Below, in pieces: positions 9,286-16,457 of a stretch of 64,000 bases of DNA. Origin of the DNA: Parcubacteria group bacterium (GTDB lineage Bacteria > Patescibacteriota > Minisyncoccia > UBA6257 > UBA11618); assembly GCA_943357895.1 (NCBI GenBank), contig CALRGO010000001.1, positions 36,724 through 100,723 of the forward strand, given 5' to 3'. The notes beneath the pieces are model-generated. The model saw only the letters and a list, made by a program, of their open reading frames with translations. It did no database searches and was not told the DNA's origin. The position numbers and the translations under genes were made by a program. Positions within the stretch are counted from its first letter, which is position 1, and every line of letters starts with the position of its first letter.

Positions 9286-9356
9286 AGCGAGTAACGGGAA
9301 TCGAACCCGTGTATTTTGATTGGCAACCAAACGTACTACCATTGTACTATACTCGC
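9286..9356 (-). tRNA. tRNA-Gly (anticodon GCC)
   Basis: Reverse complement GCGAGTA-TA-GTAC-AATGGTA-GTAC-G-TTTGG-TTGCCAA-CCAAA-ATAC-ACGGG-TTCGATT-CCCGT-TACTCGC-T. CCA is not encoded. Confidence 0.85.
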
Positions 9357-9408
9357 ACTACACAAGGATTATAGTATCGTTTTTCGGCTATAAAATCAAT
9401 TCCTTTTG

Positions 9409-9480
9409 TGTCCTCATGTGGAATCGAACCACAATCGCTTCCTTCGCAGGGAAGCACTCTATCCGTTGAGCTATGAGGAC
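9409..9480 (-). tRNA. tRNA-Arg (anticodon GCG)
   Basis: Reverse complement GTCCTCA-TA-GCTC-AACGGATA-GAGT-G-CTTCC-CTGCGAA-GGAAG-CGAT-TGTGG-TTCGATT-CCACA-TGAGGAC-A. The G34 anticodon (rather than ACG) is unusual for bacteria. Confidence 0.65.
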
Positions 9481-9481
9481 T

Positions 9482-9919
9482 TTAGAAGCGGAGCCAGTGG
9501 CCTAACGCCTCTACGAACGATTCAGTATACTCCGTTTCGTGCAGAAAATCCAAGAGATGCTCGCGAATTGCGCGTTCGCGGGACGGCGGCACGATTATCT
9601 CCAAGCGGGGGCGAATAGAGCTCTTCGGCATGAAATGGAGGGAGTTATCAGATAAAGCAAAGCTCGTAAACTCGCGGTAGCGGTGCATTGTGCCGTCTAT
9701 CACGAGCCCCGTATCGTTAATCTCAAACTCGAAGTGGCGCGGTTTGCGCGTGCCCCACGTAATAACGAGCCCCGTGGCGATAAGGGTGAAAACGAAGAAT
9801 AAAAAGTTATTCTGCCATAAGGCGTATGCGGCGATTACGGCCCCTGCGAGCGCCACAAATAGCGGCCACGCTTCATCCTTTTCGTGATAATGGAATTCCG
9901 GCGACATCCAGCTGATCAT
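9482..9919 (-). CDS. hypothetical membrane protein (145 aa)
   Basis: Two TM helices near the N-terminus; no motif recognised. Confidence 0.45.
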   Translation of the reverse strand: MISWMSPEFHYHEKDEAWPLFVALAGAVIAAYALWQNNFLFFVFTLIATGLVITWGTRKPRHFEFEINDTGLVIDGTMHRYREFTSFALSDNSLHFMPKSSIRPRLEIIVPPSRERAIREHLLDFLHETEYTESFVEALGHWLRF

Positions 9920-9925
9920 ATACAG

Positions 9926-9955
9926 AGTGGTTAGTGGATAGTGGTTAGTGGATAG
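9926..9955. repeat. heptamer tandem array (AGTGGTT/AGTGGAT x4) overlapping the 3' end of the ddl-like CDS
   Basis: gagtggttagtggatagtggttagtggatag. Encodes the C-terminal ...YPLTTIH of the minus-strand protein. Confidence 0.6.
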
Positions 9956-10536
9956 AACGAGCCGACAGACTCGTTAATTTCATCAAGGGTTAAACCGGCA
10001 AGTAATGCGCTGCGCATAAAAAGGCTCGTGTGCGCGAGCGAGGGATTAATATCCACGCCCGTAACGTAGGGAGTGGAACCGTCGACCACCATCCGCACGC
10101 ACGAATGTCCTTTGGCGCCTATGGCACTATACGCCGCATTAGCTAACGCCTGCACCGCGTCCTGCGTAGCTATCGGCATATACCACGCACCGCTTTCATG
10201 AAGCGGGCGGGGGATAGCGTCCACCGGCACAAGCGGGAGAATTTTTCGGCCGCTCCGTATTACTCCGCAAGCGACCTCGTGCCCTGTAATGTGCTTCTGC
10301 ATAAAAAACCTTCCGGCACGCACAGCAACCGCAATTGCCGGCACCACGTCGCCATATTTCGCGACCATCGTGCGCACGGCAGGTACGCCCGCGTTACGGA
10401 CAACGACGACTGCGGGGATTCCGAGAGCACCCACATCTTCGAGCGCAGTTGCAAACGGGGCAACGGCAACACCCTTAGCGCGCAAGGTTTCAAAAAACGC
10501 GTATTCATCCATTCCCCACAGTATACAACAATACAA
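9931..10536 (-). CDS. ddl: D-alanine--D-alanine ligase-like ATP-grasp protein, N-terminally truncated (central + C-terminal domains only)
   Basis: The GIPAVVV...GHEVACGVI...RMVVDG..VTGVDINPSLAHTSLF block matches the Ddl central/C-terminal ATP-grasp domains. The ~100-aa N-terminal domain is absent, and only 50 nt separate the start from argS. The C-terminal tail is built from heptamer repeats. Confidence 0.55.
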   Translation of the reverse strand: MYCCILWGMDEYAFFETLRAKGVAVAPFATALEDVGALGIPAVVVVRNAGVPAVRTMVAKYGDVVPAIAVAVRAGRFFMQKHITGHEVACGVIRSGRKILPLVPVDAIPRPLHESGAWYMPIATQDAVQALANAAYSAIGAKGHSCVRMVVDGSTPYVTGVDINPSLAHTSLFMRSALLAGLTLDEINESVGSFYPLTTIH

Positions 10537-10587
10537 AAGAATCCTCCTTCGCTAAAGCTTCGGAGGATGAAAAGTCCGTAGGACTTT

Positions 10588-12240
10588 TCACATCCGCTCC
10601 GGCACCTCAATACCCAAAAGCCACAGGCCGTTCTTGATCACTTGGGCGGAGGCGACAACAAGCGCTAGGCGAAGGGCGCGAGCCTCGCCAACTTCCAGCA
10701 CCGGCACGGCGTCGTAAAACCGGCTGAACTCCTGCGCGAACTCGTTTAAGAATGTCGCTATGATATGCGGCGCATCGAGCGAATATGCCTGCCGTACCGC
10801 CTGCGGAAACTCCGCAATGCGCTTTAATAAACGCGCTTCGTGAGACGACGGAGTGATTAGTGGGTAGTGATTAGTGGGTAGTGACGCCGAAACGTCGCCC
10901 GCCTTTTCCAAAATAGCCTTGGCGCGCACGTATGCGTACTGGATGTAGGGCGCGCTATTACCTTGGATAGAGAGCGCCGCGTCCCACGAAAAGGCTATGT
11001 CGTGCTCACGGCCCATAGAAAGCATGTTGTATAAAATAGCGCCCACGCCCACTTCCTTAATACCCTTGGTTTTTACCACCGCCTCCTTTAGACCGTCTTC
11101 TAAAAAGACTATCCCGCCTTCACGCGTAGAAATTTTCTTGCCGTTAATCGTAACTACGCCGTAACTTACGTGCTTAAACTTTTCCTCCGGATAACCCATA
11201 AGCCCCAAGGTTTTAAAAATCTGCCGTAAATATAATTCCTGCTCGTGGCCAACCACATAAATTATTTTTTCCGCCTGCGGATATTCCTTAAGCCGCCAGC
11301 GGCCAACCGCGATGTCGCGCGCGCTGTAGAGCGACGCGCCATCTGACTTCACGAGCAAGAAAGAGGGGAGGCCAAACTTATCAAGATTGACTACTACCGG
11401 CCGGCCCTGCCCCGACGAAGCCATGGTTGTTAAGGGGCCCGCCCCGCGAAGCCCAGAGGGCGAAGTGGGGTCGCCGTATGCCGCCGCGCCCTTTACGAGC
11501 GCTTCGTCCACCGCTTCTTTTATAAAGGTCTCATAAAAACTCTCACCGTGCCATAAGTCAAAGTTAATGCCGAATAGGGCATAGACCCGCTCAAAATTCT
11601 TTACGCTTATATCGCGGAACTCCTGCCACAGGGCGCGTAGCTCCACATCACCCCCCTCGAGCTTGCGGAAAAGCTCCCGCGCCTCGTCTTCCAATTCTGG
11701 CGATGACTTTATCTCTTTCGTCATCCGCACGTATAAATCGAGCAAGGTGCGTATTGGGTCTTTTTTAAAGGCTTTCCTATCACCCCACTTTTGGAATGCA
11801 AGCATAATCTTCGCTAAAGACATGCCCCAGTCGCCAAAGTGGTTCGTAGTAATTACCGTATAGCCATTTGCCTTATAGATATTTGCGAGTGCGTGACCAA
11901 TAGCATTGTTGCGCGCATGGCCCATGTGCATAGGCTTCGCAATGTTGGGGGCGGAATATTCGAGCATGACGGTCTTACCCGCGCCCGATGCATTCCATCC
12001 GTACGACTCTTTCTTCGTCATGACCTCGTGGAGTACATGCTCCGTAAGCGCGTTTAAATTAAACGATATGTTTACGTACCGGCCGGTAACGACGACACTA
12101 CCGAATAACGGGTTATTCAACCCGCGAATTTTTTCCGCCACATCTTCCGGCTTTTCGCGGAAGCAGGGGATAGCCAAATCCGCCCCCACGCCCTCGGGTG
12201 GGATCTCTATCTTTGATGCGATCTTCTCTAAGCCGAACAT
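10588..12240 (-). CDS. argS: arginine--tRNA ligase
   Basis: 550 aa with class I HMGH motif (KPMHMGHARN), N-terminal Arg_tRNA_synt_N-like region and DALR-type C-terminus. Two in-frame repeat insertions: heptamer array at 10852-10884 and GC-rich element at 11434-11472. Confidence 0.9.
   Translation of the reverse strand: MFGLEKIASKIEIPPEGVGADLAIPCFREKPEDVAEKIRGLNNPLFGSVVVTGRYVNISFNLNALTEHVLHEVMTKKESYGWNASGAGKTVMLEYSAPNIAKPMHMGHARNNAIGHALANIYKANGYTVITTNHFGDWGMSLAKIMLAFQKWGDRKAFKKDPIRTLLDLYVRMTKEIKSSPELEDEARELFRKLEGGDVELRALWQEFRDISVKNFERVYALFGINFDLWHGESFYETFIKEAVDEALVKGAAAYGDPTSPSGLRGAGPLTTMASSGQGRPVVVNLDKFGLPSFLLVKSDGASLYSARDIAVGRWRLKEYPQAEKIIYVVGHEQELYLRQIFKTLGLMGYPEEKFKHVSYGVVTINGKKISTREGGIVFLEDGLKEAVVKTKGIKEVGVGAILYNMLSMGREHDIAFSWDAALSIQGNSAPYIQYAYVRAKAILEKAGDVSASLPTNHYPLITPSSHEARLLKRIAEFPQAVRQAYSLDAPHIIATFLNEFAQEFSRFYDAVPVLEVGEARALRLALVVASAQVIKNGLWLLGIEVPERM
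10852..10884. repeat. heptamer tandem array inside argS (encodes SLPTNHYPLITPS)
   Basis: agtgattagtgggtagtgattagtgggtagtgacg, which is in frame on the minus strand. Confidence 0.65.
11434..11472. repeat. GC-rich ~38-bp repeat element, copy 1, in-frame in argS (encodes DPTSPSGLRGAGP)
   Basis: ggggcccgccccgcgaagcccagagggcgaagtggggtc is the reverse complement of the element at 39597-39635. Confidence 0.7.
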
Positions 12241-12244
12241 GACG

Positions 12245-12276
12245 AAGTGGATAGTGAGTAGTGGTTAGTGGATAGA
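12245..12276. repeat. heptamer tandem array in the argS / trmL-like spacer
   Basis: agtggatagtgagtagtggttagtggatagat. Confidence 0.6.
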
Positions 12277-12286
12277 TACTACGATA

Positions 12287-12772
12287 CTAGCGTAGTTTAT
12301 TTTTAGCTATTTCGAAAGCGATTATACCAAAGGCGACGGCGACGTTAAGCGACTCCTTTGCGCCATGCATGGGAATACTAATAACGGCGTCGCACTTATT
12401 AATAATCACCCTCGGCAGGCCATCTACTTCATGCCCCACAATGAACGCGAGCTTGTGCATATTGTTTTTTAAGCAATCAGCCTCGTAATAGGGGGCGGCA
12501 TCCGGCGTAAGCTCAACGGCGCATATAAAATATCCCGCAGCTTTTAACTTGCGAATGCAATCAGCCGTGCGGGCGTACTTTTCCCACGGCACGGTTTTTT
12601 CCGCCCCCAGCGCCGTCTTTTCTAACATCTTCCGCGCACTGCCGAGCATGTCCGCCGGAGACGGCGTTATGCCGCACAAATACAGCCGCTCGATACCCGC
12701 GGCGTCCGCCGTACGAAACATAGACCCCACGTTATGCGCGCTTCGTATATTAGATAAAATACCTATTGCCAT
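12287..12772 (-). CDS. SpoU/TrmH-family RNA 2'-O-methyltransferase (TrmL-like)
   Basis: SpoU motif 1 NVGSMFRTADAAG; size ~160 aa. Start placed at MAIGILSN instead of the upstream Met in the ORF track. Confidence 0.7.
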   Translation of the reverse strand: MAIGILSNIRSAHNVGSMFRTADAAGIERLYLCGITPSPADMLGSARKMLEKTALGAEKTVPWEKYARTADCIRKLKAAGYFICAVELTPDAAPYYEADCLKNNMHKLAFIVGHEVDGLPRVIINKCDAVISIPMHGAKESLNVAVAFGIIAFEIAKNKLR

Positions 12773-12888
12773 AGACGCTTGACAGTATATAGCAAAAAGC
12801 GCATTGTGCAATTAGCAGTGCGCCGACGTAGGCGCACATCATAATCATCCTGAAACGAAGGAGCGACACCAAGAAACGAGGAGGTGCC

Positions 12889-13209
12889 ATGTCAAGCATT
12901 CATGAGACAATCCGTATTTATTCCGAAGTACGGAATCTGGCTATTACAGCTCAGATCGACCCCGAGAAAATCGGAAAGGCTAATCTCGTCTACGCCAACC
13001 TGCACGTCCTAATTGTCCGCGCAAAATCCGACGCGGACGCAATCCCCGCCCTACAGGACGCAATCATGAACCTACCCATGGAGCTTATCTCTGAATTGAA
13101 TGTCGCAACCGGATACGACGAATTAAGGAATGCGATCTTTGATTTACCTATGTCGCTTATGGACGCCTTAAGCGTCGTCATCAAATTCCAACTTGCGGAA
13201 GCTGAGTAA
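12889..13209 (+). CDS. hypothetical protein (106 aa)
   Basis: Strong SD GAGGAGG 6 nt upstream, followed by a terminator. Confidence 0.5.
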   Translation: MSSIHETIRIYSEVRNLAITAQIDPEKIGKANLVYANLHVLIVRAKSDADAIPALQDAIMNLPMELISELNVATGYDELRNAIFDLPMSLMDALSVVIKFQLAEAE

Positions 13210-13235
13210 AGAAATAACGTAGCACGATGCCGCGT

Positions 13236-13290
13236 TTACGGCGGGGGAGAGTCAAACGAGCCACGACTCTCCTCCCGCCGTATTATTTTT
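13236..13290 (+). terminator. intrinsic terminator (CGGCGGGGGAGAGTC...GACTCTCCTCCCGCCG + T-run)
   Basis: Long GC hairpin followed by tattattttt. Confidence 0.65.
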
Positions 13291-13337
13291 CAGATTGAAA
13301 ACGCCGCCGAAAAAGCATATGATACCGATACCGCAAA

Positions 13338-13421
13338 GGAGGGATAGCCTAGCGGTTAAGGCAAGGGATTGCTAATCCCTGACTCGCAAGGGTCTCGTGG
13401 GTTCGAATCCCACTCCCTCCG
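13338..13421 (+). tRNA. tRNA-Ser (anticodon GCU)
   Basis: GGAGGGA-TA-GCCT-AGCGGTTAA-GGCA-A-AGGGA-TTGCTAA-TCCCT-long variable arm GACTCGCAAGGGTCTC-GTGGG-TTCGAAT-CCCAC-TCCCTCC-G. Confidence 0.85.
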
Positions 13422-13424
13422 CAG

Positions 13425-13466
13425 TACCAATAAAAATACCCCACGGACGGGGTATTTTTATTGGTA
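13425..13466. terminator. perfect inverted-repeat hairpin (TACCAATAAAAATACCCCG / CGGGGTATTTTTATTGGTA) downstream of tRNA-Ser
   Basis: Seen directly. Confidence 0.6.
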
Positions 13467-13587
13467 TCGTGAAGAGTGGGATTCGAACCGAAGGTCGAAG
13501 TTTTTAATGAGTTCGCAAAGCGAACGATTATAAAAACGAAGATTTCGACTGAGCTTTAGCGAAGGAGGGGCGAATCCTACCCCTCAT
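13467..13587 (+). other. tRNA-Ser-adjacent miniature structured element (copy C2)
   Basis: Inverted copy of the tRNA-Ser T arm (GTGGGATTCGAACC), then the conserved core hairpin GTTTTTAATGAGTTCGCAAAGCGAACGATTATAAAAAC (compensatory C/T and G/A changes relative to C1), then a degenerate direct copy of the tRNA-Ser 3' end (GGCGAATCCTACCCCTC). Confidence 0.55.
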
Positions 13588-13673
13588 TAATTAACTTGCC
13601 AAAACCATCTAAAATAGGTTATATATCTATCGTCGTTACCCGTCCGCACACCTCCAACTGAAAGGATTTTTCG

Positions 13674-14105
13674 ATGCCGCACGAACTGATACTTAACGGC
13701 CTTTTACAGCCGCCCTTGGTGCGCGCAACACTCCACCACGTAGGCAAACTAACATCAGAAGACCATCCGGATAGTCGCTACATAAGAGGAACATTCCGCG
13801 CTTTCAACGCAAGGACGTTCACGATCGAAACAGGAGAATGGGAAGCCGGCGCATACCCCGTAAACACCGTATACCGATTCGAACCCATTATTATCATCCC
13901 GCAAACGGGAGAAGGGGAAGTCTTTATGAGCGAAAAACTCGAAGCGGAGGATTTCAACAAATCCTTTCTCAGGAGCATCGCTACGTTCATCCTCGAATGT
14001 CTCATCGAGCTCGTAGCGAGAGAAAAAGAACTAATCGATAACGACATGCGCGCCGAGGAAAGCAGGGTTACTAGGGAACAAACGGCGCTATTCGGCAGAC
14101 CGTAA
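13674..14105 (+). CDS. hypothetical protein (143 aa)
   Basis: ORF with weak SD, followed by a terminator at 14130-14165. Confidence 0.45.
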   Translation: MPHELILNGLLQPPLVRATLHHVGKLTSEDHPDSRYIRGTFRAFNARTFTIETGEWEAGAYPVNTVYRFEPIIIIPQTGEGEVFMSEKLEAEDFNKSFLRSIATFILECLIELVAREKELIDNDMRAEESRVTREQTALFGRP

Positions 14106-14129
14106 TCCCAAACACCTTCTAAACGCAAA

Positions 14130-14165
14130 CCCGAAGCGGCACGGAATTCCCCGTGCCGCTTTTTT
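14130..14165 (+). terminator. intrinsic terminator (GAAGCGGCACGG...CCGTGCCGCTTTTTTC)
   Basis: Hairpin plus T-run upstream of eno. Confidence 0.65.
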
Positions 14166-14210
14166 CTTTCTTCACAAATCAAGGCGGTAGGAGTACTATT
14201 TCCGATACCT

Positions 14211-15488
14211 ATGAAAATAACTTCCATTAAAGGCAGGCAGATACTGGACTCGCGCGGCAACCCTACGGTTGAGGCCGACGTTATTTTAGAAAACGGCGCG
14301 ATCGGCCGCGCGGCGGTACCGAGTGGCGCCTCGACTGGCAGCCACGAAGCGATAGAATTACGCGACGGCGATAAAAAAATATACGGCGGCAAGGGCGTAC
14401 TTAAAGCCGTCAGCCATATCAATACTGAAATCGCAAACGCCCTTCGTGGTATGAACGGCTTCGACCAAAAGGGAATCGACACGGCGCTTATTGCACTTGA
14501 CGGCACGGCTAATAAATCACGGCTCGGCGCAAACGCCATCTTAGCTGTATCACTCGCCACGGCGAAAGCCGCGGCCGCAGCAAAAGGCGTTTCGCTCTTT
14601 CGCTATGTAGGTGCACTCGTTGGCATTACCGACCCACGCCTTTTGCCGATGCCGATGATGAATATTATTAACGGCGGTAAACACGCGGCGGGCGGGGCGG
14701 ACATTCAAGAGTTTATGGTGGTGCCAATAGGCGCGAAGTCCTTCTCCGAAGCGCTCCATATGGGCACAACCATCTTCCACGCGCTCGGCAAAATCCTTAA
14801 CGAAAAAGGGTATAGCACAACAGTGGGGGACGAAGGTGGCTACGCACCGGCCGTAAAGAACGGTAATGAAGAGGCGCTCACGCTTGTGGGTGAAGCCGCC
14901 CTAAAAGCTGGCTACGAACTAGGTAAAGATATCGGCCTTGCGCTCGACGTAGCGGCATCCGAATTATATAAAGACGGTAAGTACCAACTCGCCACCGAAA
15001 ACAAAACCTTATCCTCCGGCGAAATGATCGCGTGGTATAAAGGCTTAATTGAACGCCATCATATCATCTCGATAGAAGATGGCCTCGCCGAAGACGACTG
15101 GGCAGGGTGGATAGAAATGACGAAAGCGCTTCCCATCCAGCTCGTAGGCGACGACCTCTTAGTCACTAATCCGGCGTTTGTTAAAAAAGGCATCGAACAA
15201 AAGGCGGCGAACGCCGTGCTCGTGAAGGTCAACCAAATCGGCACACTGACGGAAACCATAGAAACGGTCTGCATGGCGAAAGCCGCCGGCTGGCGCACCA
15301 TTATTTCGCACCGCTCGGGCGAAACCGAAGACACAACTATTGCGCACTTGGCAGTCGCCTTGGGCGCCGGCCAAATAAAAACGGGGTCGCTCTGCCGCAC
15401 CGACCGCGTGGCAAAATACAACGAGCTTCTGCGCATCGAAGAAGAATTAGACGGGCGCGCGCAATATCCTTCCGCGCTTTTTTCCTAA
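14211..15488 (+). CDS. eno: enolase
   Basis: [12 protein letters not shown]-terminus and enolase signature. 425 aa. Confidence 0.95.
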   Translation: MKITSIKGRQILDSRGNPTVEADVILENGAIGRAAVPSGASTGSHEAIELRDGDKKIYGGKGVLKAVSHINTEIANALRGMNGFDQKGIDTALIALDGTANKSRLGANAILAVSLATAKAAAAAKGVSLFRYVGALVGITDPRLLPMPMMNIINGGKHAAGGADIQEFMVVPIGAKSFSEALHMGTTIFHALGKILNEKGYSTTVGDEGGYAPAVKNGNEEALTLVGEAALKAGYELGKDIGLALDVAASELYKDGKYQLATENKTLSSGEMIAWYKGLIERHHIISIEDGLAEDDWAGWIEMTKALPIQLVGDDLLVTNPAFVKKGIEQKAANAVLVKVNQIGTLTETIETVCMAKAAGWRTIISHRSGETEDTTIAHLAVALGAGQIKTGSLCRTDRVAKYNELLRIEEELDGRAQYPSALFS

Positions 15489-15489
15489 C

Positions 15490-16098
15490 ATGACCGCGCA
15501 TCTCTTTTTCGTACGCCACGGTGAATCCCTTTGGAACAGCACGGGGCAGTGGACCGGCTGGACCGACATATCCCTTTCGATTAAAGGCATGGAGGAAGCG
15601 AAGGCGACGGGAGCAAAACTTACCGGGCACGAAATACATTCCGCACACACCTCGCTTTTAAAGCGCACGCACGAAACGCTCGCGGGCATAGAAGAGGCGT
15701 ACGGCAAAAAAATCCCCGCGCGACAGTCACGCGAATTAAACGAACGCCACTACGGCGTTTACACCGGCAAAAACAAGTGGCAGATACAGGAGGAGATAGG
15801 CGACGAAGCTTTTACGGCAATCCGTCGTGGCTGGGACGTACCGATCCCTGACGGCGAAACGCTGAAAGCCGTACATGACCGCGCAGTGCCCTACTATAAG
15901 CGCGAAATCCTTCCGGAGCTTGCGGCAGGCAAGAACGTGCTCGTCGTCGGGCACGGCAACACTATCCGCGCCCTTATGAAGCATATCGAGAATATCCACG
16001 AAAACGACGTAGCGAGCGTAGAAGTAGCGACGGGCGAAATTATAACGTACAAAATGGAGCCGCACGGTATGGTGCGCATGCACAAGAAAAAAGAGTAA
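15490..16098 (+). CDS. gpmA: 2,3-bisphosphoglycerate-dependent phosphoglycerate mutase (histidine phosphatase family)
   Basis: RHGESLWN catalytic His motif and SxLKRT. Confidence 0.8.
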   Translation: MTAHLFFVRHGESLWNSTGQWTGWTDISLSIKGMEEAKATGAKLTGHEIHSAHTSLLKRTHETLAGIEEAYGKKIPARQSRELNERHYGVYTGKNKWQIQEEIGDEAFTAIRRGWDVPIPDGETLKAVHDRAVPYYKREILPELAAGKNVLVVGHGNTIRALMKHIENIHENDVASVEVATGEIITYKMEPHGMVRMHKKKE

Positions 16099-16149
16099 TC
16101 CTCCGGCATATTGACGCATGAAAAATAGCGGGGATGTTTTTATTTGACA

Positions 16150-16172
16150 CGCTGAAAACCCTACCCTATGGT
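16150..16172. promoter_or_regulatory. GC-rich inverted repeat CCCTACC-ctat-GGTAGGG (CsoR-operator-like) just upstream of csoR
   Basis: Palindrome seen directly at the csoR 5' end. CsoR-family repressors bind TACCC/GGGTA-type GC palindromes. Confidence 0.45.
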
Positions 16173-16188
16173 AGGGGTATATACCACC

Positions 16189-16455
16189 ATGAAAGCAATA
16201 CCAACGAACAAAATAAAATCCCTTAAATGCGCGAAGCAGGCACAGGGAACGCTTGCAAAAGTCATGACGATGATTGAGGAAGACCGCTACTGCCCCCTCA
16301 TAATCCAACAGGCTGATAGCGTGATCGGCCTTTTAAAAACTGCGAAGCGCGAACTACTCGCCGGCCACCTCGACACCTGCGTCACGGCGCGCATGAAGGA
16401 AAACAAGAAAGCGGCAATCGACGAGCTTATAAAAATATATAACCTTTCCGCATAA
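16189..16455 (+). CDS. csoR: CsoR/RcnR-family metal-sensing transcriptional repressor
   Basis: DUF156-like helical protein with the C-x...H-x3-C arrangement (YCPLIIQQADSVIGLLKTAKRELLAGHLDTC). An alternative start lies at 16168. Confidence 0.65.
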   Translation: MKAIPTNKIKSLKCAKQAQGTLAKVMTMIEEDRYCPLIIQQADSVIGLLKTAKRELLAGHLDTCVTARMKENKKAAIDELIKIYNLSA

Positions 16456-16457
16456 CT

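Noticed and set aside
13778-14560. 260-aa minus-strand ORF
   Set aside because: It lies antisense to enolase and to the 13674-14105 gene and has Ser/Ala-rich low-complexity translation. Enolase on the plus strand is unambiguous.
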